DNA of 64,000 bases from Psilocybe cubensis. Lineage: Eukaryota. The translations under genes were made by a program, and so were the position numbers. Numbering within the stretch: the stretch's first letter is position 1; every line of letters begins with the position of its first letter. The notes beneath the pieces were generated by a model that was not told the origin of the DNA, ran no database searches, and was given only the letters and a program-made list of their open reading frames with translations. Location of the stretch: NCBI GenBank assembly GCA_017499595.2, contig CM039002.1, positions 62,001 to 126,000 on the forward strand, read 5' to 3'. Below are positions 51,701-63,441 of the stretch, piece by piece.

Positions 51701-54497
51701 TGACTGCCTCTGTACAATAACGTCTTTACTTCAATCGTACTCAAAGAAACCTTTGTTTTATAAAGTTTATATACTCGAGCACTTCATCGATGTCAATACC
51801 TAATTCTCAATGTTCCGCGTTATCATTCCCGACAAGGGGACTCGGATGCTCATGCCACTGTGGCATGAACGCAACCACCATACTACCGACCTTGCGTTCC
51901 ACACACCATACACCGCTCCGTCGACCTCGACCCCTCCCTCGATCTCAACACATCAATCGTTCGAGCATCATCCATTATCTGTCTATAGCTACACTCAATC
52001 CCCCGTTCCATTATAAGAAACTGTGGAAGAACCGCCACGCCAGTAATCTCGAAAGCCGACCAACGCCGACAGAATACTGGCACAGAATTCCAGGAACCCA
52101 GAGGTTCGTTTTGCTGAAGGGGCAACAAAATAGACTATTGATGACGCTGTGCCTCTTCAATATCCAATTCGGCCATTTCATTGTGAGAGCGGTAAGTCGC
52201 GTTGTAACACATAATCTTCCTTGCTTTATGTTTTTCCAGCGCTTACGAGTATTGTAGTGATTTGGAAGATGACGGCGAATTACCCCACGATCAGAGCAGG
52301 AACACCGAATTTCTAGTGACTCAACGTGCACCGTTCGAGAACAAATATCTCGGCCCAACCCTTCGTTACACGGTCGTGCAGTACGAATATGTGAGTAAAA
52401 AATTCCCAAGTATCATTTCGTTGTCTTGAATGTGCGCTAACCACTGCTAGCCAGTTCTTTCTCTGTTCACTCTCCGGGTACATCAATAATAGGGTACTCC
52501 ACCTTCGACACATCGTCTTCGAACAGACGAACTTGGGGAGTACCATCACTAGCTTGTCGCCCTAAGCAACAACAAAGAGATTCAAATTGCCTAACACTCC
52601 CAGCTAGGAATACGAGTCGGACACAGGCCAACAGAATAAGAGGATTAGGTGAGAAATGATGAGAAAGATTGGAGCGGCTAGATGTGTGATATTGCGGGTA
52701 AGCGACTTTGGTTGATTGTGGCCTTGGTTGTATTTCAATCCGCGTGCTCGTAATTTAATCTGGAGCGCTAAGGCCTAAGGTGTACACAGATGGTTTTGGA
52801 TTATAGTGGTAATTTTATATCTTAATCTTAATGAGTTACCAACAAAATCACATTTGATCTCTGAGAAACGATACAATTTCACTATGTAAACCAAATTTGC
52901 CGTAACCCTATACTTATCCCATGCCACGCCAACGACGCTCCTCTAACACCTGGTATTGTCCTTCTGATCTCGCTCTAATTTGATACCGGCGTCCGACTTC
53001 TGAAAGAAAATAATTATGCGTGTTCGACGCCGATACGTGGCGTCTCAAGCAACACACCACCAACACGCAGAAGCGAGGATGCACCAGACGAAGAGGACGG
53101 AGACTGCAACGTGGAATCGACAGGTACGAGTGGTGGCTTAAATCTTGAGTCTCAAAGGATTCATTAAGCAGAGTGTGAGTGCGAGTGGTGGGGGTATCGG
53201 GTGGGTGTAGATGGCAAGGTTAAGGGTCAGAACCTAGATGAGGAGAGACCGTGTCGATGGCAAAGCGTGTTGATCCGTACTGCCTGTTACGGTGTTTAGC
53301 CGTGTTTTTTTGCCATGCTCGGCCACCTATTACACACCCCACGCGATGCCGTAGGGAAAGCAGAATGCACCGCCTATGTGTATCGACCAAAGGCTGCCTC
53401 TCGAAATGCTTTCTCCAAACTCTGCCGTTCCAATACAAGCTATGAAGTTTTGGATATCTATGTTAGGGTAAACTGATTTTCTCCATCTGGGATTCGCTCC
53501 AACAGTCATGGTTCCGCAACTGGTCTTGGCTTCTCCAATACATATGGAGATACATAGTCCTGTTTTACGTTCACAATGCACTTGATATTTGGATTAATCG
53601 ACTTACAATAAGACGGCCTCGGGAGTGTTTTGGTAGGCCATTTACAAGAAGCTTACTTGAAGTCTACGCAATGATTATAAACATGAATTTCGGTAGATCA
53701 GAAATCCGCTACGGCTGACCTTGTCGGTGATGATCCGTCCATGACCAGTATTCTCCACAGGTCTTGCATCACTCGGAATAAGGCCTTTAACCGTTGGTGA
53801 GCAAATTATTGTTTTGAAGATCAGTGTGCAGTGTTTTCATACCTAAGGAAACCACGGTTCCTCACCGCTTTCCAGAGCATAGTAGCCTGAAATGAGACGT
53901 AGCTATACACAGATATGGATGGACAAGCAATGGACATCCTGGACGTCATTCTTGACAATGCCAGAGTACTAGAGGGTGGGAGAAGAGAAACAACTTACGA
54001 TGGTGGACTAAACTGTGTACAGGTGTGTCCGTCTTATATATCGATGAGTGTGTGTGTCTCGCGGACTCAGTCTCCGCAGCTTGATTGTGTGCATGGACGA
54101 TATGGACTTGTCAGTCCGTCTGTAAATTAGGTGTTGGCTAAATTAGAAACCAGATATACACACGCACATCTACATCGCCCAGTAAAACGAGTGGAGTTTT
54201 TGGTGTGGGGAAACTAGGCGCCGTCATTACACGAGGAGGATCGCTGGTGTGGCAATTCAATTTAAACGATCTATAAGCAATATGGTTCAGGGACTTGACG
54301 TAATGTATCAGACAGAACACACCACAGGCAATGTTACAAATCAAGGGATTTTCCAATCTCGTATAATCTCTGCTAACGTTTATCGGATTCTAACCAGGGC
54401 GCAGGGTTTTCTGACCTGACCACAATCGATAACCAACGGTGAAGTCTTTCAATCGGAGATTGAACGATCTTGATTTGTGGCTGTACCCGTGAGAGAC

Positions 54498-56645
54498 GGG
54501 CACCAGGAAATCAGCGTGGTTAGCCCGCGTGCGACCTATTTTTGCGTGCCGCGCATAAATGCAAATCAGTAAATTTGCGTGTCTTTCACATGAATTTGCG
54601 TGCGAAATGCTACATGTTGCGTGTGCATGATATGTAAACGCGTGCAGCTTTGTTGAGGTACCGTGCTATTTGCGTGCAAAATTCTGTATGAAATTCATAT
54701 GAAGATCAGTGTATATTAAGCTATTCTCTGCAAGGAATGTAGTATGCTACGCATCCAGTTGTACTGAATAATTATTAATTAATGGTCATCCCACTTCCTT
54801 TTCTTTGGAATAGGCCGAGGGTTAGGTCTAGGTCTCTTGGATTGAGCTTCTACCTTCTTTTTGGGTTGATCGATGTAGTTTGGACCCGGATTCATACAAA
54901 TATATCAAATTACGATCATACTATCAAAAGATTGAAATGTACACATACCAGCATCTCATCTTCATTGAAATCTCGTTCACCAATGAACCAATCCCTGCAT
55001 AAATAAGGTTTCCAGTCATCTTGGTGGTTTACCAAATTAAATCATACACAACTCCATCGTTCTTTCCAAGGACCTGCGTATCCGGATATAAAGCAGCTGG
55101 AAAGTTCCAAGATTGAAGTTCCAAACCTTGGGAGTTGGAGTCGTCAACAGTTTCGATTGTAAGAATCAAAGAAATTGAACCAATCAGACGGTTACAATTC
55201 ATGTGTACCTGTACATAAAAGATTTCCTTTTTTGACTCGCTACCAAGTCGACGCCTCAACAGAGGCCATATTGATGCTAATATGATCCTGGTAGAGCAAG
55301 AGAATGCTCCCCTTAGGAGCTCTGTGAGGATGACCAGTGGCTTGCAAGTGTACAGTGCGACGTGGTTGGACAATATGCAGATGTCTTCCTCCAGTATAAT
55401 TGCAACCGGTACAAAATTGTAAGTCAACATACCAGGTGCTGAAGTATGACACTGTTGGAAGGAAGTCCTCAAGGTTGCGCACATTTTGACCAATACGATA
55501 AAACCAGCACTACGGTCATTCATAAGTCAGAGTGTTTACAAAACAGTATAACGTGAAATAAGCACTCACCATGACAGACTCCGGTGATGTGAGTCAATGT
55601 TTGACAAAACACATTTTGATGCAAGACAAGAGTTATAGTAACTGAAGCGTTGTCCAAACTGTTGTCTATTTCAAGTCTAGACTTGATGATATTATAGAAT
55701 TTGTTGAGCGACTAGGATGGAGGAACATTACTGAGATTGTGCATCATGCAGATAAACAGTATTTCAAGGGAAGAGTCAAGCCAACACAAATTAGACATAT
55801 TTTTGCAGTAAAATACTCTGAAACGCATTATTTCCTACTAGCGTGCAGGCTTAAAGTGCTTGCGGGGCCATCGCGTGCAGATCACAACTGTTTGCGTGTC
55901 AATTGCACGCACTTAATTGGGTCGCGTGCTATCGCGTGCCGTCGCGTGCCATCGCGTTCACGTGGGAAAGTGGGTCGCGTGCTGCTTGCGTGGCAAATGC
56001 GTGCTTTTGAGTGCACCTAGCGTGCTGTGGTGTCACGCTGGTAGTCGTTCAACAACCATAATTTGCATGTCGAAAAGACAAAATTGTCTTTTTTCTCCAA
56101 GTTCACCATTTGATCGGATATAACCGATCATAAACCGTTGCCGATTTTATTGTCGACTCTTGGTTGCGGAGTCGGAGATTGTTACGAGGCACACGCCGAG
56201 GGCCACGGCATACCAAGCCATCCCTCGAGTTCATTGTCTGTATGGCCCTTCTAAAACCAAATGGTTTCATTGAAGTTCTACTGGTTCCGAGCCTCAAACA
56301 CCTACAATTACCATGTATTGTAGACTTTTAAAGGAATATATGTTGATTAATTCAAATACAGTATAACCATGCAATAATCACTACATCCTAACTGCTTAAT
56401 TCCCGTGTGGTGGCTGCACATGGAATTAATATAATACAAGGGCATACATTATTACACACCAATTAATTGTAAATGAACGCTAACGACACTGTTGCATTAC
56501 AATCCTACGTGTGACACAGCTGTGACATTGCGTGCAGAACACATTGATATGCGTGCAGAACACAGTTGTTGCGCAAAAATGCGTGTCACGCAGGCACACG
56601 CAAAAACGCACGCACGCAAGCAGCCACGCTGATTTCTGTATGCCC
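54498..56645. mobile_element. Non-autonomous TIR DNA transposon (2148 bp), MULE-like
   Basis: Direct repeat GTGAGAGAC at 54489-54497 and 56646-56654; empty paralogous site at about 26951-26980 (GGCTGTGCCC-GTGGGAGAC-CCGTTTG). Imperfect TIRs GGGCAccagGAAATCAGCGTGG / CCACGCTGATTTCtgtaTGCCC. Dense GCGTG motifs. No recognisable transposase. Confidence 0.8.
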
Positions 56646-59452
56646 GTGAGAGACCCGTTTTAACCTTGCACTTTGCACCGACGCGCAATGGTGAATCTTC
56701 GACAAGGCTCATTCAAGTTCATATCTCACTACGCTCTACTCCGCTTATTTTCACGACAGTCTTCTATTACGTCCTGCACAGCACCCCTTTTTCCCAACAT
56801 TCAAGTCAATTAAGACAGGCCTAGCAGACTGTTTTGCCGGCAACGCGTGCGTTCGAAAGCCATTGCAACAGATGGAAAACTAAAACAGTTATGGACAGGG
56901 TAGCGATCGGTACGAGTAGACATTTCATGAAGGGAGTGTACATGTCCGAAAGAGGTTAATGAGATACTTCTGTCACCGGTGCGTTGAGTCAGGTATACGA
57001 CCGATTTGCTGAGATTCTGTCCTTGCCGTAGATTTACAAGTCGTCGATCTCGATCTGGGTTCTTACCTACCCTATCTTTGACGAGAACTATTTCTACGTG
57101 CCCCTCATTACCTCGTTCAAGAACTCCGTGGAGATTGGGCCTTAGTTCAGACAGCCACTCGCACGCCCATACATAACGCGCTGTGCACATCCATCCCCAC
57201 GGTCTGCAATCCAAAGACGCTCAAGTTTCTCATGATGCAACTTAAACGGTGAGTACCGTATGATTACACTTGACCCTGCCTACAATGTCTCTGCGTCTCT
57301 ATCACACCGTTCCCCACCCTCCCCCTTCCTTCCCCTCGTGATTGAGACCATACATATGGCCTCCACCCATGCACCCGATACAGAGCTTGTTTCTGCGCCT
57401 GTCGGGCAGCGAGTTTGAACTATACCTCTCTCTATTATCATCTCAACCATTCCCTCTTGTTCTGTCTAATCATATGTTCTAACGTTTGCCGGAAAGGTCA
57501 ATTTCCTCGCATATACGCATTTACGCATTGTATTATGGATTCCTCCTGTTGCGTGGATAATCAAAGGTATGCAGCATTGGTTATCGGTTGACGCTCACCG
57601 ATGTTGGTACAATATACTAAAGATACTGCCATCAAACAGCGCCGCCGCTCAGCAACAATTCGAGTCTATGCGCAGTTACCAAATCCAGTTGAGCATTCAT
57701 ATGGGCGCACGCCGTAAACTCGAGGCCACGCTAACGGAAAATCAGTGGCGCTGACATTTGTGCAGGACGGAGAGGGCTCGTATTTAAATATCGGAAAGAG
57801 GACAGGGGTAGGATATCCGCCGGTTCATATATGCACCCTTCTCGACGGTGTGTGTTTTAATGTTTGTAATTTTCGACACTTTTACCCCTTCACACGGCCG
57901 GTAGGACATTTGAGCCCCATTGTTTCCGCTCCTTCAGTATCTCCCTGTGTTTGTACGCTGAACATTCATTTTCGCATGTAGGTCGTTCGTCTCAACACAG
58001 AAAACCGCACGTTTTTCGGCACATTATACATCTTCCTAGACTTTGCATTTCATTTCCCGACGTCCACCAGCCGCATAGATTCACACAGTCGCGGGCACAG
58101 TTGCAGAGGATAGACCCGAGGTATCCATCTTCACCACCGTGCTCGCGATCGTTCCCATCGGGCGAGTGTACTCCGGAGGTGTACTCATCTATCGAACACA
58201 CAGAGCGTCTAGCATTACAAAGCACGCGCTGAAGAACCTTAAAAAGCAACAAATCACAAAGAAAAGACAGTCAAAATGTTGAATGGAGTAGCAGATCAAG
58301 TAAGTGGATCCAAGATGAGAGAGGTGGCGAGGATGAGTGAACGAGTGTTCACAGTATTGATACGTTGCTGAGAGTACTTAATCCAATTCGTGGTTACGAT
58401 TTTTGCAGGGGATACAATCCCTCGACTAATCCCAGTTCATATATCCTTTCCAGATGGTATTTGTTGGAAGTAGAATCATTGGCGAACGTTGAACGTTGAC
58501 ATTGATCTCCACCAGGTATATGAAATTCTTGCAAGATGGTGTGGTTGATACCACGTTAGAAAGTGTCTCTTTCTGGTTCTCTAGGCCATGAGTAGTGTTA
58601 TGCAGTCTGAGACCCGAGTGTCGACACTGGCGTTGACTAGACGCATGTTGAAGTGCAACATATGCTGGATTCTGTAACTATAACTGTGTCCGGGTCTTTC
58701 AGAAATAATTACAAGCATTTGTGCTTGACAACTCTTAATGGCATTTCAATAGCAATCCGGTGTCTCAAATTCTATGGAGTATATCATAGAGTATCAGTGT
58801 CTATATATCAATGAAAGGATTTTGCCTACCTCTCAGGTGATCAGTGCTTACTGATATATCGAATGTTTTCCTCAACGTATTGTGCGTGCAGCGACAATTC
58901 ACGGCCTCACCAATGATGAGGTCTTTTTGATCTGACCCGCTCTTGTTATGCGTGATCACTTTAAATGATGAGAAATATGCTTGGATGTTGCACGCCCTGT
59001 ATCATATTTCTTTTTCTATTTACCTCGATAACCTATGTATTCTATCAGGCAAAAAATCTTCCCTGAGATGATTTTTCAAGGTGTTTTTAGACTGTTTTGA
59101 TCAAAAGAACATATTATTTTTGAAACTCGGCGAAGCTTGCCGATCATGCCGTGACCAAATCGATACAAACTGAACAGATGTACCGATAAGATCTGTGTTC
59201 TGAGTCTAAGGGAAGTGTAACGTAGCGTGACACAGAACCTCGTCTATGTCACGGCTGAGCGAAATTTTGTGAGTGCACCTTGCCTCTCACCTTCGCTCAG
59301 CCGCAATCTGCTTCTACGAGAAATTCCTTCGTACAGCAATTTCTCGCTCGAACAAAATTTTGATTAAGTCATACATTGCACGGTCACTCCGTTTACTCAT
59401 ACCTCAACATTAAAAAAAAAAAAAAAAAAAAGCAACCTACTCTTCATCTCAC

Positions 59453-61439
59453 ATGGCACACACACCTTTGCTAGACCCGCGCAGAGCTGCGTGCCCGGAT
59501 TATTCCTCGGAGGCATATGCCGCGTGCAGGAACACCCTCATCCAGGGCGGCATGGAAGAGGCCGCGGCTGTGGAATTCCTCGTCAAGATGTGGGAAACGC
59601 AAAATGTCGCCGACATCGCCATTTGGGACGCTAGGGAGGCCGAGCGACAGGCGGCGACGGCTGAAAATGACCGCATTTGCCGGGAGGCAGAGGCCGCAGC
59701 CGAGGCGATGCGCGTCCAAGAGATTGAGGCGGCCGACAAGGAAGAGAGGAAGAAGAATAGGGCAAAGTTCTTACCTATTGGGGATGGTCATGTGCCTGAC
59801 ACCATGCCTATCATTGTACCAGCGGCTATTACAGCCAAGCTGCGCGCTGGACACAGAGTTGATTTGTGGCACTACACCAACGCGGGGTTGCTGCACGCCT
59901 CGGCGGACCTCGATGCGGAGTCGAACAGAGCTGGTTCATTTGTGGCCGCACCGGACGGCACTGTGGAGTTTCGTCCTACGCTAGCAGCAGCAAGTTCCTG
60001 CGCTGTCATTCAGGACCGTGATCTTTCTATGGAAGACTTCATGGTGGCGACGTATCGGCTTCTGGCGGCCATGAAGGAGGCAGGGTGGCCGAAGGATCGT
60101 GTACGCATGTTTGCGGACTTTTGGAACAACATCAACAATCACCCTCGTCGTGTCTCGCGCGACCCTCGAGACGTGCGTGCTCTTTTACTCTACCAGGACG
60201 AGCAGCGCACCCAGTGGCACAATATTACCGCGTCAGCCACGGGCGCTACCTATGATCTGTCGGTCATCAATGAGGTTCGCCTTGACGAGGCTTTTAGGAC
60301 CATATGCACCGCTGGCTACGACAGAGAAATTCGGTGAGCAACACAGTTTTCTTCCTTCTCGAGTCGATCGTTGTTTGCTGACTGATGACCCTGTTTCTTC
60401 CTTCCCCTCCCTTCTCTCTGCATCTGGTGGCACAATCTGCGTTGCGGCAATGCTCGCGGCCACGTACTTCTGACATGCAAAACACAACATGCGTTTTCAA
60501 CACACCTCCGCAATGCGTTATGCGTTGTGCGACCCGACATGCGACATGCGTTGCGTTTACACCATGCGAAACATGCAATGTGCGATGCATTATACAACGT
60601 GCAATGTGCAACACGTGTGCGATTATGCGTGCTATGACCTGCGATGTGCGATATGCGTTGTTGTCATCCGATACGCAATGTTCTGCGATATGCGGTGTGC
60701 GTTTTTTTCTGCGATTCTGCGTTCTGCGTTTTGCGTTTTGCGTTGTGCGTTTATGCGTTATGTGTTGCGCGTGGCGCTGGGTGCCCTGGGCGTGGTGCAA
60801 CTCGCGACATGCATTATGCGGCTTCCAACTGGTTTTGTCACTACAAATTGCACATCAAAAAATGTGCCACGTACGTGGCGGCAATATGGTTGGGAATTCT
60901 TTTCTGCATCTGTTTTCCGCGTTGTCAGTGCTGCAGCAGCATTGCTGAGAGACCAAGGTTGGGATCGCCGTGGGGGAGGGCGGGAGCGAGATGAGCGACG
61001 CTACCATGGGAGTGGCCGCGAGCGCGACGAGCGCCGCGGATACGATGCAGATCGGAGAGGACGACACAACGACCGGTACCTGGGGCAACAGAGGCAGCGT
61101 TCAGCTTCCCCACGGCGGTTTCTCCCGCGGGATTTTCACGCGGGCGCAGGTTCCTCCAGCCCCAGAATCTGCGCGGTGTGCCTGGGGCACTCGACACCCC
61201 ACCACCTCAACGAGTGCGCAGCAGAGTTCACGTGGAACAATGCTCACAAAACTCACTCGTTCCGCGGACCAGGGCCCAAGTACGACCTCATGTCCCGCTC
61301 CGACAACGCTGTCTTGTGCCTCGATTGGCAGAGGAGGAATGGATGCAGCCAAACAGGCCACAGTCTGCGGCACCGCTGCTCTGGGTGCGGCTCCGCCTCG
61401 CATGGTGCTCACAGCTGCACTCGAGCGGAGAAGCTCTGA
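59453..61439 (+). CDS. Gag-like protein of the YR retrotransposon (probably spliced: 59453-60333 joined to 60929-61439) with C-terminal Cys/His zinc-binding region
   Basis: Coiled-coil/charged N-terminus with EERKKNRAKFLPI, VDLWHYTNAGL and QDRDLSMEDF. GTGAG donor at 60334 and CAG acceptor at 60928 keep the frame into an RG/RD-rich region and CAVC...H...C and CLDWQRRNGC....H..RHRCSGCGSASHGAHSC. Confidence 0.75.
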
Positions 61440-63441
61440 ACCTTGCACACCGTACATTGCCAGTGCTTGGCAGCAGGCCCTGGCTCGCAGTGGGTTGGCA
61501 GACAGGTATCCCAGCGTAGTGGAGGGCATTAAAAGTGGGTTTCGGATCAGCCTCCCCGAAATTCACTTCACACAGATTCCACCAAATCGCCCCTCGGTGG
61601 CCGAGTATTGTGTGCAGTTTGCCGCCATTGTGCAGAGCGAAGTGGACAAGAAGAGGTACATTGGCCCTGCCACTCGTGGCGAGCTTGAAGCCGTTATTGG
61701 CCCTTTCCAGACATCCCCTTTCTCAATCATCCCTAAGCCAGGCAGGAAGGACAAGTTCCGCATTATCCAGAACTTCTCCTTTCCGCTTACCCCTTCCGCA
61801 TCTTTCCCTCAAGCTTCAATCAATTCATTCATTGATTCCAGCAACTTTCCCTGCACATGGGGGACATTTGCAGTCACTTGTAGCACTATCGGCGACCTCC
61901 CACCTCTGTCACAAATGGCAGTGCGGGATGTTTCCGAGGCCTATCGTACCATTCCCTTACACCGGTCACAATGGCCCGCAGCAGTTGTCCAGACCGATGA
62001 AGGCACCTTTTATGTGGATACATGCCTGGCCTTCGGTGCAAGGCCCTCCGGAGGGGTATTTGGTTTGGTGGCTGACGCGTCGGCGGACCTCTTTCGCGCG
62101 GAGGGAATGGGCCCGCTGGTCAAGTGGGTGGATGACCACAATTTTATGCGGGTTTTGGTGCGGTATCTGGATGAGTACAACGAACGGCGGAGGCGGCGCA
62201 GGCAGCTTGTGGCTGCACATGGTAAGAAACACGAGGGTGGCCGTTTGTGGTTTGGGGAGGGTTTTGCACGGAGTGGAGATGGTTTTGAGGCAGTGGAGGA
62301 CTTTGCATTCCCTGTTCTTGACCTGTCGGAGAGCAGTACACGGTCTGTTGAGGACAGACTGTACGCTTACTGCTTTGAGGATATTGACCGGTTCTCTTCT
62401 GTGCTGGGTATACGGTGGGAGCTGGCAAAGGACAGCCCGTTTGGGTTTCGTGGCGTCTATATTGGTTTGGAATGGGATCTGCGGGATCGCACGGTCGGCA
62501 TTCCTTTGGCGAAGGCGGAAAAATACAGGGCATCCATCGTGGATTGGCGCACGCGTGAAACTCACGTGCTTCAAGATGTTCAAAAGCTTTACGGGCGCTT
62601 GTTGCATGCCTGTCTGGTGGTCATCTCGGGTAGGGCACGTCTGGTGGGGTTGGAGGAGATGCTCGGTGTTTATGGCACCACTCCTTTTGTCCCCCGACAC
62701 GCCGTCCGATCCATTGCCCAGGACCTCGCATGGTGGCAGGAGCGACTTTCTCTCCCGCAGTTGGTACGACCCATCCCCTGTGAGACCCCCGTTTTCGACA
62801 TTGGGGCATTCTCGGATGCCAGCTCAGAGGTCGGCATCGCCATCGTTATCAATGGGCATTGGAGGGCATGGCGCCTGCTTCCCGGATGGAAGACTCTCCA
62901 TGGAGTGCGAGACATTACCTGGGCCGAAGCAATCGGTTTTGAACTGCTTGTCACCGCCGTTATCCGGCTTACACCTGAGTCTCAGCATGTTCGGCTCTAC
63001 GGGGACAACCGAGGTGTCGTCGAGGGTTGGTGGAATGGCCGGAGCAGAAATAGGCAAGTCAATGAGGTTTTCAAGTGCATCCATGACCGACTTGAGGCTG
63101 CCGGCCGGGAAGGGTGCATCCACTCTGCCTATGTGCCCAGCGCCAGTAACCCCGCAGACGCCCCGTCCCGGGGATCATTTCCTTCTTCCTCCCTCCTCCT
63201 CCCACCCATTTCCATCCCTGTTCGGGCAGCTGGTCTCCTCGTGGACGCCCTGGACCCCCTCACACCAGCAGAGCTCAACCTCAAGAGGGCCGGAAAGTGG
63301 CCAGCTGCCCGCCCACGCCAGCAGGTCTCCTCTGAAGAGCGGTTGTCTTTCAATGACTCCCGGTTCAACTCGCTCGGGCCACTGGACCTTCCTGAATGGG
63401 GAGACCACGAATACTCCATCGCGGAAGCGGGGCCAGAGTAG
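60970..63441 (+). CDS. Reverse transcriptase + RNase H (pol) of the YR retrotransposon
   Basis: 823-aa open frame (true start uncertain). RT motifs FQTSPFSIIPKPG, FRIIQNFSFP, DVSEAYRTIP, LAFGARPSGGVFG, KWVDD and YIGLEWD; RNase H motifs FSDASS, WAEAIGFEL, YGDNRGV and SASNPADAPSRG. Confidence 0.95.
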   Translation: MGEGGSEMSDATMGVAASATSAADTMQIGEDDTTTGTWGNRGSVQLPHGGFSRGIFTRAQVPPAPESARCAWGTRHPTTSTSAQQSSRGTMLTKLTRSADQGPSTTSCPAPTTLSCASIGRGGMDAAKQATVCGTAALGAAPPRMVLTAALERRSSEPCTPYIASAWQQALARSGLADRYPSVVEGIKSGFRISLPEIHFTQIPPNRPSVAEYCVQFAAIVQSEVDKKRYIGPATRGELEAVIGPFQTSPFSIIPKPGRKDKFRIIQNFSFPLTPSASFPQASINSFIDSSNFPCTWGTFAVTCSTIGDLPPLSQMAVRDVSEAYRTIPLHRSQWPAAVVQTDEGTFYVDTCLAFGARPSGGVFGLVADASADLFRAEGMGPLVKWVDDHNFMRVLVRYLDEYNERRRRRRQLVAAHGKKHEGGRLWFGEGFARSGDGFEAVEDFAFPVLDLSESSTRSVEDRLYAYCFEDIDRFSSVLGIRWELAKDSPFGFRGVYIGLEWDLRDRTVGIPLAKAEKYRASIVDWRTRETHVLQDVQKLYGRLLHACLVVISGRARLVGLEEMLGVYGTTPFVPRHAVRSIAQDLAWWQERLSLPQLVRPIPCETPVFDIGAFSDASSEVGIAIVINGHWRAWRLLPGWKTLHGVRDITWAEAIGFELLVTAVIRLTPESQHVRLYGDNRGVVEGWWNGRSRNRQVNEVFKCIHDRLEAAGREGCIHSAYVPSASNPADAPSRGSFPSSSLLLPPISIPVRAAGLLVDALDPLTPAELNLKRAGKWPAARPRQQVSSEERLSFNDSRFNSLGPLDLPEWGDHEYSIAEAGPE

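Larger units (their letters stand above)
43797..59192 (+). repeat. Segmental duplication, copy C (colinear mosaic of 5870-28110 and 1-5925)
   Basis: 44200-45930 ~ 6240-8000; 46370-47555 ~ 11610-12690; 48020-48660 ~ 15730-16270; 49485-57755 ~ 16270-28110. Confidence 0.9.

Noticed and set aside
60294-60948. Cys-rich ORFs (60385-60948, N-terminal half of 60489-61439, 60294-60800)
   Set aside because: Translations of TGCG-rich low-complexity DNA inside the predicted gag intron.
62125-62136. RT catalytic motif WVDD instead of YxDD as a sign of inactivation or novelty
   Set aside because: Both catalytic Asp residues are present, and to my knowledge W at this position occurs in fungal YR-retrotransposon RTs.
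61101-63419. Long antisense ORFs over pol (e.g. 61966-62700, 244 aa)
   Set aside because: Shadow frames of a GC-rich coding region with no independent motifs.
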